DNA of 63,040 nucleotides, the filler included, from Reclinomonas americana ATCC 50394 (Eukaryota): NCBI GenBank assembly GCA_048213135.1. It is 14 parts of 14 records of this genome, joined end to end, with 100 filler letters (N's around TTAATTAATTAA, not from the genome) between each part and the next. Parts side by side here need not be neighbours in the genome. Positions count along the whole stretch, not along the records: positions 1 to 9,912 come from AFZH01022682.1; positions 10,013 to 15,322 come from AFZH01022685.1; 12 more parts are not named here. One strand, given 5' to 3'. Shown here piece by piece: positions 1 to 11,491 of the stretch; the stretch's first letter is position 1, and every line of letters begins with the position of its first letter. The notes below the pieces were generated by a model. It saw nothing but the letters and a program-made list of their open reading frames with translations, did no database searches and had not been told where the DNA came from. The position numbers were made by a program, and so were the translations under genes.

Positions 1-805
1 ACGTCGCTGCTGTCCGTACCGTACTACGCCGTCGTCGGCCGTACGACGCAGGGGGGGGGGGTGAAGGAAGGGACGGGAAGGAAAAGGAGCAAGGGAGAAT
101 CAGCAATACATGCGAGAATGAACAGAAAACGACAGTATGCATCGCCAGTGAGGAGGATAAGGAGAACGGTGCAGTGTCTCTCCAATCCGAATCAGTAGGC
201 GTGAGAGGGAGAGGGAGAGAGAGAGAGAGAAGAGAAGAGATAGAAGAGATTGAAGAGAGAGGCTACTTGTCAGCAGAGCAAAAGACAAGGTGCAATCAGG
301 AGCACGTGCAGCAACAGGCTGCAAGTGAGGGTTGATGATATGATGCATTCTCTCACGAGTGAGTGCACAGAGATGCGAGAGGCACAACAAGTGCGAGAAC
401 GAGGGTGAACAACACTGAGCGAGAAGGCGCACACAAAGCAGGAGAACAACAAGTTACGCAGCAAGTGAGGACGATGACGAGAACGATGCACTGTCGTCGC
501 ATTCCGCACGAGAAACACACAGTGACTGAGAGAGGAGAGGAGAGGAGAGGAGTAGAGACCGAGAGAGAACAGAGGCAGTTGTCAGCAGAGCAAAGAGACA
601 TGGCGAAAGTAGGAGCACATGCAGAACAGAAGAAAGACAATCTGAAGCACAGAGAATGATGAACCGATGCATTCCCTAACGAGTGAATGCACAGAGATAC
701 GAGAGAAAGCACAAGGGCACTCTGCGAGCAGGCACACTTTCCCTCTCTCTTCCCTCTTTCTCCTCTCTTCTCCCTTCTTTCTTCTCTTCCCGCCTCCATC
801 CACAC

Positions 806-923
806 CTGGCCTCTTCTTCTTCTTCTTGGGCACCACCGCCACTCCTGCATTAGTCGCCGCTGCAGCAGTCGCCTTGACCCCGCCCATTCCACCAAGCAGA
901 ATGTCGCGCGCGTCAGACGCCAT
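806..923 (-). CDS. DMAP1: DMAP1/SWC4 (NuA4/SWR1 subunit), first exon only; the gene runs off the contig start
   Basis: MASDARDILLGG...KKKKKRPG resembles the DMAP1/Swc4 N-terminus (DvRDIL...KRPeG). Donor G|GTGTGG at 805. A polypyrimidine tract lies near the contig start. Confidence 0.6.
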
Positions 924-1074
924 TCACCCACTTGCTCAGAGAAAAGCAAACGCTTGTTGTGTGTGTCAAACTGAATCGCACAAAGACAGCTCTCCCAAAC
1001 GCAGTCGCGCAATGTAATGCAGAGTTGAAGGGGAAAGGGGATGTGAGGCACACACTCGAGCGGGTTTGCGCGCT

Positions 1075-1550
1075 CTCCTGGAATGCAAATCGATTTCAAA
1101 ATGACAAGTGTGCAGGACAAAGAGCTGCACGGAGAACACACACGCTCGTTGACGGTGAGAGCAGCGCATGGGGAAGGGAGCTGCCTATATATGTACCACA
1201 CTCTATCCGCTCACTTGCGTGCAACACGCCCGGCGGGAATGCGACGTCAAATTCAAAATGCACAGGAATACGAAAACGGACTCAGCGCTCGTTCGCGCGT
1301 AGGGAAGGGAGCTACGCATGCGTGACACTATACTTGCTCACGGGCCTCTGCCAAACACGCTGGAATGCGACGTCAAAGTGAAAGAATGCGCAGGACAGAC
1401 ACTCTCCTGCAAAGGGAACAGCACGCTCGTTCGCGGCGAGGTCAGCGCGTAGGGAACGGGGCTACGCATGCATCACACCTCTATCCGCTCACTGGCGAAA
1501 AAAACGCCGAGATCTGGAATATTACGACGTCGTGCAAATGCATTGGACAT
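1075..1550. repeat. Degenerate ~130-150 bp tandem repeat, about 3 units
   Basis: Recurring blocks GGAATGCGACGTCAAA, CGCTCGTT, GGGAAGGGAGCT and CTCTATCCGCTCAC. No continuous reading frame. Confidence 0.55.
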
Positions 1551-1826
1551 TGTGCTGAATACCAGTCTCCCGACCTCCACCGCAGAACACGACGCCAATG
1601 AGAACAGTATGCGATCTTCGCAGACAGCTCTGCCTCCACGACTCCCAGTTCCACAGCCGCAGACTGCCCTCACGCAGGACGACCGCCGTGAACTCTGGCC
1701 ATTATCCAAGAACCGCACATGAGTTGCAACTCTCCGCGAGCCCATACCGCTGCGAGCTGCGATTCAGTCTGAGACACAACTGGCCATGGCGCCACTGCTG
1801 CGCTTGGCAGCAGAGAACATGCACAG

Positions 1827-4470
1827 CTAGCTAAATCGCTGTCGCGCAGCTATCTCGCACGCGTCCGAGTAACGACCACAACTGTGCACACAAGCCATTC
1901 TCTGTTGGTGACATGTGCACAAGATCGAAGAACCACGGTGCTCTGCACGCAACGGCCAAGATTTGTTGTCTGCCTGCAGTTGCAGGCAACGGAAACAGAA
2001 CTCTCGGCGACACTGCACGTCGTACATGGAAGCACATCGCTGAATGAGAGACCAACCAAAATTGCTGCCGCGCACAGCCTCACACACGCACCTGTGAGCA
2101 GGCAACGTGCTTGCAATGCGACGTGTGCTCTGAGCAGATTCGACAGTGAACGATCAGAGTCAACACTCAAACATCCTCGCCCTGAAACGACTACTGCTTC
2201 GCTCACCGACAAGACATCGGCAGCGCGGGCAGGCGCGGATCAAGGGGACTTGCCCTGGCAGATTCTCAATCTGCTTCGTCCCGCACCCTTGCAGGGCCTG
2301 ATTGAGCTCGTCTGCTACATCAAAACACTTGCCGCATTTGAGCGCTCCGGCCGGGCATTGACGACCGCACCGAGTACACAGCCTGCATATCACGATGACG
2401 ACAAGACAGTGATTGGAATGCAAAAAAACGCTCGTGACCAGCTCACAGACGTACCGCGCTCTGCACACCGCGCAATCGATACAAGCTCCGTCACGTTCGG
2501 CAACCTCCAGTTGAGTTCGACACTGCGACCATGACGAGTAAGACTCAATCGACTTGCAGCATCGGCCTCGAGAGTACACGAGGCACACACCTGGGGACAT
2601 TCGACGCTGCTCTGCGACACAAACTGCCTGTTCAAGAAGTCCTGGTATTGATCTGCCAGTGGCGCCAAGTTACGTTCAGCCGCAGCCGCTGCGACAATCT
2701 CGACAGCAATTTCTGAGGGCACCGCACGGGTCAGCGACCAGAGGATAAATAGAGGTGTAATCACAACGTGCGCGTTACACACACACACTCACTCCACACA
2801 CACACACACTCACTCACTCACTCACTCACTCACTCACTCACTCACTCACTCACTCACTCACTCACTCACTCACTCACTCACTCACTCACTCACTCACTCA
2901 CACTCACATACACTCACATACACTCACATACATACACACACACACACTCTCTCTCACTAACACACGCACACACCTTGACGACAGTGACAGAGCACTCTGC
3001 GGCCTGCTGCAACGGCCGACCGCAGATCATCCATCAAGCACTCGGCATGGATTCCGTGGCCACAAGAAAAGGCATACACAGGAGCGGTCTCCTCGGTGCT
3101 CATGCACAACTGGCAGAGCACCGACGAGTCGCGCACTCGCCGAACAAAAACAAGAGATGCGGCAGGTACCGGCTGAGGAGCAGCGTTTGGCTGTGCAGTA
3201 CGTAGGCTTCAGAGTTCGAAAGCGATCAATCCGAGCATCACTGCCGACACGCAACTCGCCCTGAGGCAACTGCTGCTGCTGCTGGCGCTGGTACTGCAGT
3301 CGCTGCCACATTATTGTCCACCGGCCGCGGTGTCACAGCGCGCCCCTCGTTCGCCAACAAGTCCAAACATCGCTGTTCCCATTCTTCAAAACTTGAGCTT
3401 CGCTGTAACCCGTACGGGGCCTGCGGAGCTGCAGATCGCGGAACAAACACGCCCACATTCACGCCACCGTCGCCATTGTGATCGTCTGCTGGTGCGGGAG
3501 CTACGCGGACACGCGAAGGAGGAGGCCTCGAATCCTGTACAGGCGTGAGTGAGGAACGTAGGAGCATTTCGCGTCACGCACGCACCCCTGCTCCGGATCC
3601 GTGGCCAGCTGCGACAGAAAAATATTGTCGCTTCGGAGGTTGCTCAACGCGCTTGCGATTCGCGGCTTCATCTCGTCGTTGCTGTTCTGCCGCGGCTCTT
3701 TCTCGTCGCACCTGCGGCGATACAGCTGGTACGGCTCTTGCTTGCCGTTGCTGCACTTCCCATGGTCTCTCAGCTTGTCGCCGTGCTCTATCTGACTCCT
3801 CGCGATAGTCAATCCATCGCCTGCGCTTCTTGACACCAGTGTAGAAAACAACACAGGGCAGACATCCCATGGCTGCGCGCGCGATCCGTCACGTGAGAAG
3901 AAGCGCCAAGTTAGAAGCAGTGCATGAGCGACGCACAGAGAAGACAAGCTCCCATCTGCAGCATACACGACGGTTCGCGATTCTCCGCTTGGACATCTGC
4001 CAAGTCAGAACAAGCATAGTATACAGCTGACAGCGGCTGCAGAAGAACACACTGTTGGTGAGATTTCAACTCAAGAATAGGAAACACTTCAACGAAGCAA
4101 CGCAACAAAGCTCGTCACCACCACGCAAGTCTCGCAGCATCTCCCACAGTCTCCTGGGTTGCGATCACCGTACGGCCAATCTGATCATGACAAAACGCTT
4201 CTAAACAGAGGCGATCTGCGTGTAAGGAAGCAACAAAGACACAAACTTGCAACGTTCATCCCGAGTTGACACGGTACGCTGTGATAGCGGATGAGTGATC
4301 GGAAAAATCGTACACACATTTCAAACAGCGGACACAGATGCACCATGCAAACGAGCAGACACACATGGCTGCGGGGATGGTAATCAGTGAATGCGAGGGT
4401 GCACGAAGAGTGGACAGATCGCGTGACACGCACTGCACGTCTGGAAGGCATCAGTCAGATTGCATCTCAT
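1827..4470 (-). CDS. RBR (RING1-IBR-RING2) E3 ubiquitin ligase with an N-terminal PLAC8-like Cys-rich domain, 14 exons
   Basis: In-frame GT-AG exon chain: 4470-4434, 4368-4344, 4278-4247, 4180-4107, 4051-3937, 3872-3586, 3534-3256, 3190-2974, 2712-2591, 2522-2455, 2382-2207, 2129-2092, 2012-1954, 1881-1827. RING1 CQLC..CGHGIHAEC..CHC; IBR ECPQC..CAVC..LCTRC; RING2 ACPRCRCLVEHTSHCKHVACSQCRREFCFRCL. Confidence 0.85.
2775..2955. repeat. (CACT)n/(CA)n microsatellite inside an RBR intron
   Basis: Perfect CACT run at about 2806-2900, flanked by CA runs. Confidence 0.95.
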
Positions 4471-4709
4471 TGCCACATTCACGCGTGCGGCGTGTGTGCT
4501 TGTGAGACAGTGTGTGTGTGTGTGTGCGTGTATGTGTGTGTGCGTGTGTGTGTATATGTGTGTGTGTCTGCTGTCTGGCGGACAGCGCGTGACGGACAAA
4601 CGATGCACTCCTTCACACGCGTTGTGTGTGTGTGCGTGCGTTTTGCGAAAGAGGGTGGGGGTTGCTATGCAAGGCTATCCACTCGGATGAGTCACTCCAG
4701 GGAGGAAGG

Positions 4710-4741
4710 ACAGAGAGAGAGAGAGAGAAAGAGAGAGATCT

Positions 4742-4792
<51 letters not shown>
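4710..4792. repeat. (GA)n microsatellite
   Basis: Directly visible. Confidence 0.95.
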
Positions 4793-4794
<2 letters not shown>

Positions 4795-5479
4795 AAGACG
4801 TTCGGTGAGGGAGCAGCGCGCATACGTAGGGCTGCCTATGGATGACACCTCTACTCACTCACTGGCCTCCGCGAAACACGCTGAGAGTACGTTCACAGTT
4901 GATGCAACACGCGAACAAAAACACACACATGAACATGTACACACGAACGAGCGACAGATACACACACTGATACACACACATGCATACCACAAGCGCGCGC
5001 ACTCTCACACACACTGACACAGAGTCACTCTTGACCCTTGACACGCAGCGAATCACACAATTGCAAGTCATGCACTCATAGCAAGCTCACTCTCTCCTCC
5101 CTCCCTACTCACTCATGCACTCTCCTCCTCACTCACTAACCAGCAGCGGTTGGTATTCCACAGGAGACACACAGTCGGGTTGGTGTTGCATTGAGACGCA
5201 GATACCGACGCGCTTATTGATACTCTCTCAGTGTGTGCGTGTGTGTATGTCTCTGTAGCATGAAGAACCTTGCCCACAAGCTTGATCTAGATCTTTCGAT
5301 AGCGCTCCATGATCTACAGCGGTGGTGCACACTGCTTCTCGATCGTGGTGACAGTGTGTGCCTGTGTGCGCGACGAACTCTGCGCTTCCTTGCATGCATG
5401 TGACGTCGTCGACTCGGAATGGCCTCACCCACCGCACAAGCCCTTAAGTGTTCCGAGTGTCGTTGAAGCAAGGCGAAGC

Positions 5480-6380
5480 AGGGCGTCGATATCTGCAGCT
5501 GAGCGACGAAAATGGGTAACATTTGCGAGTCGTTCGCCTCACTCGTTAGTACGGCACGCTCGGCGAGAGGATGTGAGGTAGGCAGGGCTGGCCACAATGC
5601 GAGGTTTGCGATGAGTGGCAAGGCGCATGCAGTGCATGGTCATGGGTTCGAAATCCGACGAAAATGGACATATGCATCGCATTGCTATTGTCGTCGACCT
5701 GGCACGGCCTCACCCACAGCTTCAGCACCTCAGTGCAGTGAGAGTCAATGTCAACCACAAGAGCCATCGTTTGTGTGCAGAGAGGCAAGGCGATGCAGAG
5801 CTTCGATATCTCACACGCCGACGAAAATGGATAACGTGGCCGAGTGTGGAGTGGCGATTCGTCCGCCTCAGTTGACACTCACGGTGTGCCGTGCGATAGG
5901 ATGGGAGAGACGCAGTGTCGGTCACGAGAGTCGTCACGTGAGCGCTGCGCAGACTGTTCGATATCTCACACGCCGACGAAAATGGATAACGTGGCCGAGT
6001 GTGGAGAGGCGAGTCGTCCGCCTCAGTTGACACTCACGGTATGCCTTATGACGAGATGGGAGAGACGCAGTGGCGGTAACGAGAGTCGTCACGTGAGCGC
6101 TGCTCGATACATATCTCACACGCCGACGAAAATGGATAACGTGGCCGAGTGTGGAGAGGCGAGTCGTCCGCCTCTATCGTCAGTCGCGGTCTGCCTGGCG
6201 AGGTGATGTGATTGAGGCAAAGCTGGTCACAAGAGCCGTCATCAGAGGCTGCGATGAGCGGCTGCACAGGGCTTCGATATCCCACACGCCGAAAATGGAT
6301 AACGACGCCCGATTTGGAAGCGACTCGTCTCTCACTCTCTGACGAGGATGCAAGCAACTCAATCGCTGCAGATCGTCGAC
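5480..6380 (-). pseudogene. Decayed ~150-165 bp tandem array (6 units), possibly a relic LRR-repeat gene
   Basis: Core GATATCTCACACGCCGACGAAAATGGATAAC, or variants of it, at about 5487, 5648, 5804, 5959, 6110 and 6275. Minus-strand fragments SLPNRASLSIFGVWDIEAL, DIEALHRLASL and DIDALLRLAST are interrupted by stops and frameshifts. Confidence 0.4.
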
Positions 6381-7008
6381 GCCACTGAGATCACCCTCCC
6401 TATATGCAGTGCATGTCCGTGTGCGCATACAGGGAGTGAGGGAGTGAGCGTGAGAAAGAAGAGAGACATGCAGACGCACATGTACACACTCACACACACA
6501 CGCACGCACACATTCGCTCGCGCTCACTTACAGTGTGTGTGTGTGTGTGTGTGGTGGGTGGGTGGGTGTGAGCATCATGCATGTTTGCAGTCAATGTGAA
6601 ACGAGTGCAGTCACTGTCGCGGCATCGTTCGTGGTGCATGCAAGTGGCGTGCATTGCAGTGTCCCCCCGTTTCGATATTCTCCGGCACCGGTACCAGCTT
6701 CGTGTATCATAGCAATGCGTACGCGTGCTCAACGAATCACTGGTCGCCAGTGTAGTGTTGGCTGATTATCACAAAGTGTGACGCGCAGTGAGCACAGCCA
6801 CGTGCAGGAATTGAATCTTGCATTCGTCGCCCGTCAATCTAGACCCTGGACACACATACCAAATTCGTGCTGTTCTGCGAAACAATGGTGTCTGCTAAAT
6901 GGCCCAAAATGGTATGGCGAGTTTTTCCGATGGACAATAAAAGCCAAAGAACAAATTTCGCGTCTTGTCTCTGCATTTTTTCTTTCTGTGTGAGCCAAGA
7001 CAACTTCC

Positions 7009-8664
7009 ATGTCGTTCACCAAGTCTATCGTGCTGTGCGCACTGGTGGCCATTGTCTGCCTGGCCTCTGTGGCCCAGGCCGGAGGTATGCACGAACACCA
7101 ACACGCAACGCTGCATTTCGTGCTGTCCGCCTCATATTCCTCTTCTCTTCTGCGCTCGCAGGTGGCAGCTGCGCCGCCAACGTGGGTGCTTGCAACCCCA
7201 ACGGAACCTGCAGCAGCGGAACCTGCTCGTGCTACAACAACTGCTACACCGCCTCCAACGGCGTCAATGTGTGCGGCGACTGGGCCGGTCCTTTCTGCAC
7301 TTGGTAAGTCGTAAATACGGGCCATGTCGTTCGCCAGGCTTCTCATCTTCTCTTGTCGTCTCAGCCACCCCTACAAGACCTGCTCCAACCACGGCACGTG
7401 CAACGCCGCTGGCGCGTGCGTGTGCGCCGCTGGCTACACGGGCTCCGACTGCAGCCAGACGGTGCCGCCGCCGCCGACCTGCTCCGACGAGACCACCTGC
7501 AAGGGCCGCGGTCGCTGCAACGCCGCCGGCACGTGCGTGTGCGCCAAGGGCTGGACTGGTGCCGACTGCAGCACCGTCTTCGACCCGTCGCCAGTGGCCT
7601 GCGTGGCCGACAACAACGGCAACGATGCGCGCTGCGGTGCGCACGGCAACTGCCAGAACGGCGCCTGCGTGTGCCACTTCAACTGCAACGTGCTCAGCAA
7701 CAACCTGTGCGGCACGTGGAAGAACCGCTTTGGTGACGCCTGCAGCGTGTCGCCGTACCCGCTCGCCACCAAGTTCGTCGCGACCAAGGACTCGTTCGAC
7801 GCGTACGAGGGCGTCACCGCCAGCGACGACTTCTCCATCCTCTACACCGCCACCAGCACCCTGGTCGACGCCGTCGGCACCAACCTGCTGCTCAAGTCGA
7901 CCAACTACGGCGCGTCGTGGTCGGTTCTGACCGCTGCCGGCACTCGCGCGTGGGAGTGGCTGGCGACCTCGGCCGACGGCAAGGTGCTGGTCGCCCCCGA
8001 CGACCACTACATCTACGTGTCGAAGGACGCTGGCGCCACGTTCACCGCCAAGGCCACCGATGTTGCGCGCGTCTACTCGGCTGTCTCGGTCGACGCCAAG
8101 GGCAAGACCATCATTGTCGTCGCACCCGTCACGCCGGCGCCGATTGTGCTGATCTCGTACGATGGCGGCGACACTTTTGTGGAGCGCGGTGCCGGTGTCT
8201 TCTCGTCGCCGTACGCTCCCTACGTGTCGGCCGACGGCACGAAGATGGTGGTGGCTGAGAAGGACGGCTACGTGTTCACCTCGTTCGACGCCGGCCTCAC
8301 CTGGACGAAGCGCACCACCACCGGTGTCTCCACCAAGTACTACGACGCGGCGACCAGCGACGATGGCACGCGCGTGCTGGTGTCGTCGCTCACCGGCAAG
8401 CTGTTCACCTCGGACGACTCGGGCATCACCTTCACCGCCCGCGAGACTGTGCGCAACTGGCGCACCGTGGCCGTCAGCGCCAGCGGCCTGGAGATGTACG
8501 CCTGCACCAACGAGGGCCTCGTGTTTGTGTCGCAGGACGGCGGTGTCTCATGGCAGCAGCGCTTCGACACCAAGGAGCTGATCAATGGCACTGCCACCAG
8601 CGCCGATGGCATTCGCGTGGCGGTTGCCGGTGGTCCGGGATCGTTCTACACGGCGTCCTTCTAA
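7009..8664 (+). CDS. Secreted protein: signal peptide, about 4 EGF-like (tenascin-type) repeats, C-terminal Asp-box/BNR beta-propeller
   Basis: Exons 7009-7084, 7162-7303 and 7365-8664 join in frame. Hydrophobic MSFTKSIVLCALVAIVCLASVAQA leader. CSNHGTC..CVCAAGYTGSDCS motifs. Asp-boxes STNYGASW, SKDAGATF, SYDGGDTF, SFDAGLTW, SDDSGITF, SQDGGVSW. Confidence 0.9.
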
Positions 8665-8719
8665 ATGGGAGGAGAAGGCTGTGAATGCATTTCGAATGAA
8701 ATCACATCTGCAATGCGGA

Positions 8720-9210
8720 AAGCAGGGGAAGGGGGAGGGGGAGGGGAAGGGTGGGGGGAGGGGGAGGGAAGGGTGGGGGCAAAGGGGAAGGGGAGGAGAG
8801 GGAGAGGGAGAAGAAACTGCAACATAAAGGACAAAAGCAAGAAGAAAGCAAAGGAAATAAAGAAGAAGAAGAAGAGGACGCAGAAAAAGAAGTACGAGGA
8901 GAAGAGAAGGAGAAGAAGAAGGCGACGAGGAGGAGAAGAAACAGTAACATGGAAGGACAATTGCAAGAAGAACGAAGAAGAAGAAGAAGAAAGCAAAGGA
9001 GGTGGTGAAGAAGAGGACACAGAAAAGAAGTACGAGGAGAAGAGAAGAAGAAGGAGAAGAAGGCGACGAGGAAGGGAACGTGGAAGGAGGAGAAGAAACA
9101 GCAACATGAAGGACAATTGCAAGAAGAATGAGAAAGCAAAGAGGTGGTGAAGACGGGGACACAGAGAAGAAGAACAAGAACGAGGAAGCAAAGGAGAAGG
9201 AGGAGGGAAA
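8720..9210. repeat. Purine-rich low-complexity tract with an internal duplication
   Basis: AGAAGTACGAGGAGAAGAGAAG...GAAGGACAATTGCAAGAAGAA occurs at about 8885-8972 and again at about 9025-9128. Confidence 0.8.
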
Positions 9211-9849
9211 CACTTTCCCGATCGGACTTGTCTGCAGCGGACAGACGCGACACGGACAGCGGCTCGCTGCTCATTTGTCACCGTTTCACACTCAATCACT
9301 CACTCACTCACGCGCGCGCGTTTGTGTGTGCGTTTTGCGCATCAGAGAGAGTGAGAGAGGGGGTTTGGGAGGTGCTGGCGTATGAGAAGCGAGTGTTGAG
9401 TGAGAGACTGAGAGAGACCAAAAAAGAAGACAGATATGATTGTTGCGCGAGGAGCGACTGTGGCTGCGTGTGTGCCCATGGGCGCGCCTGGAGCGTTGCG
9501 TACTCTATGTTATATTGAGTGTGTGACCACGCGTCTTTTGTGTGACACATACCCCCGCCAATTATTCTCGCTGTGTCAGTTGCACCTTGACGCAAACGCA
9601 CGAACAATGACACACGCGCACACGCACTCTCTCACGCACTCTCTCATACACACTGACACACTGTTACACGCGCAGAAGCGAATCACACAAGCTCACACAC
9701 TCATTGCGCACTCTCTTCTCCACTCACTCGCACACTCTCTCCCCCACTCTCTCTCACTCACACACTCATATGCTCTCTCACTCTTGTTGTGTCACAGTGT
9801 GTCACTCATTCAGTCTGTCTATCAGGCAGTTTCTTTCCTTCTATCTCGC

Positions 9850-9912
<63 letters not shown>

Positions 9913-10012
9913 NNNNNNNNNNNNNNNNNNNNNNNNNNNNNNNNNNNNNNNNNNNNTTAATTAATTAANNNNNNNNNNNNNNNNNNNNNNNNNNNNNNNN
10001 NNNNNNNNNNNN
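9913..10012. other. Artificial contig spacer (first of 13)
   Basis: N44-TTAATTAATTAA-N44, which puts stops in all six frames. The others are at 15323-15422, 18586-18685, 20092-20191, 22397-22496, 31595-31694, 39654-39753, 42543-42642, 47978-48077, 49231-49330, 53360-53459, 56418-56517 and 61264-61363. Confidence 0.99.
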
Positions 10013-10018
10013 AGAGAG

Positions 10019-10126
<108 letters not shown>

Positions 10127-10494
10127 GCGTGAGCAAGGGGGAGGAGAGGAGAGCGCACGAGAGAGTGCAGATGAAGCACTTGCGCCAGAAAGCCGCTCAC
10201 TCGGGGATAGAGCGCGGATGCGAGGCAGTGAAGAGAGAGGAGAAAGAGCGATTGACGGAGAGGTAGAAGACGACACAGCGCGAGGATGTGGGAGAGAGTA
10301 CAAGGGAAAAGAGAAGGGAGAGAGAGAATAGAGGCGGGAGATGGCAGAGTGCAGAGAAGTGAGAAGGGAGAGGGAGGAAGAGCGCGCGCGCGAGAGAGAG
10401 AGGCGAGTTGGGAGAAAGAAAGAGTGCATGCGCGTGGGTCGTGCTTCGTGGATTCTTGCATCCAGTCACTGGTCGTGTTGTCTCTGAAATGTTG

Positions 10495-10612
10495 ATTTTC
10501 GCACATTTCATGCTCCTCTGTCTCTTTGCTGCCTTGTGGATCGAAGAGAGTGGCGAGGTATAGTTCAAGCAAGATAGTCAGGACGAAGGGCAGCTTTAGG
10601 CAGGTTTGAGAG
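10495..10612 (+). repeat. Dispersed ~120 bp repeat, copy 1
   Basis: TTTTCGCACATTTC.TGCTCCTCTGTCTCTTTGCTGCCTTGTGGATCGAAGAGAGTGGCGAGGTA is near-identical to 13397-13505. Confidence 0.9.
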
Positions 10613-10694
10613 GCTGTGTGTCGGACTTGATTGACTCTTTCTTGTTGGAGCTCGGCGCCGCATTCTCTTTTCTTGTCGTCATCCACTTGTGAGC

Positions 10695-10950
10695 TGGAGT
10701 ACTTGACTGCATCCATTCCTTGTTGCAGTGCGTGAGTTCTTGTCTCCTGAAACACGAGCGCTTTCTTGTTTTCGCGTTCTCTTGTTCTTTTCGTCGTCCT
10801 TGTTGCAGTGAGTGAGTTCTTGTCTCCTGAAACACGAGCGCTTTCTTGTTGTCGCGTACTCTTGTTCTTGTCGTCATCCGGAGTACTTGACTGCATCCAT
10901 GCCTTGTTGCAGTGAGTGAGTTCTTGTCTCCTGGACACGGGCGCTTTCAT
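10695..10950. repeat. Tandem minisatellite, 3 units of ~80-105 bp
   Basis: TGTTGCAGTG.GTGAGTTCTTGTCTCCTG.ACACG.GCGCTTTC at about 10721, 10801 and 10905. Confidence 0.85.
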
Positions 10951-11257
10951 GTGGTCGCATTGTCATGTTCTTGTCGCGAACTGAGCGCATCTGTGGCGCA
11001 TTTCCTGAGCTTCCTGCTGCCCTTCTCATCAAGCACGAAGTCTTTCTTGTTTTAGCTTTCATCCGAGTGCCTCACTGCTTATCTTGAATCGCCTTGTTGT
11101 CGTCTCTCGTCGTTCTTGAGTTGAGGGCGTCGCTCTGGCTGTGCTGCTCGACCCTTGGCATTTCTCCTGTCTGGCATCCTTTCCCTGTTGCAGAAGCCAG
11201 TCATTGCTTCCCTGCAATTGCCTTCTCCCCTCACCCTCCCTTCTCCTGCATCCACAG

Positions 11258-11374
11258 ATCCCCGCCCACACCAAGATGAGCTTCCGTGCCGCCCGCGAGC
11301 TCAAGAGCACCGTCTCCGAGAGCACCACTGCGCCAAAGGGCAGCGGCAGTGGTTCCAGTGGATCCAGCGCGTAA
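11258..11374 (+). CDS. Terminal exon of an HU/IHF-family histone-like DNA-binding protein (partial)
   Basis: A polypyrimidine tract and CACAG acceptor precede IPAHTKMSFRAARELKSTV...*, which matches the HU C-terminal pattern IPAxxxxxFxxxxxLKxxV. Upstream exons were not found on this contig. Confidence 0.55.
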   Translation: MPAHTKMSFRAARELKSTVSESTTAPKGSGSGSSGSSA

Positions 11375-11491
11375 CTTAACAGCGCAGACAACAGCGACGA
11401 CGATGAAGAGACAAAGAGCGCCCTGAATGAACGTCGTCAATGGTCCCATGGGACGCTCTCATTCACACATCGCCCCGTGGTCGCGCCAACG

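Noticed and set aside
1884..2534. Plus-strand 216-aa ORF with a WD40-like LLVTCAQDR fragment
   Set aside because: It is antisense to the well-supported RBR exons.
5480..6380. CRISPR-like repeat/spacer appearance
   Set aside because: The period is about 155 bp, the 'spacers' are homologous to each other, there are no cas genes, and the context is eukaryotic.
9913..10012. TTAATTAATTAA palindromes recurring through the window
   Set aside because: They are artificial contig linkers; ORFs ending in X or LIN are artefacts.
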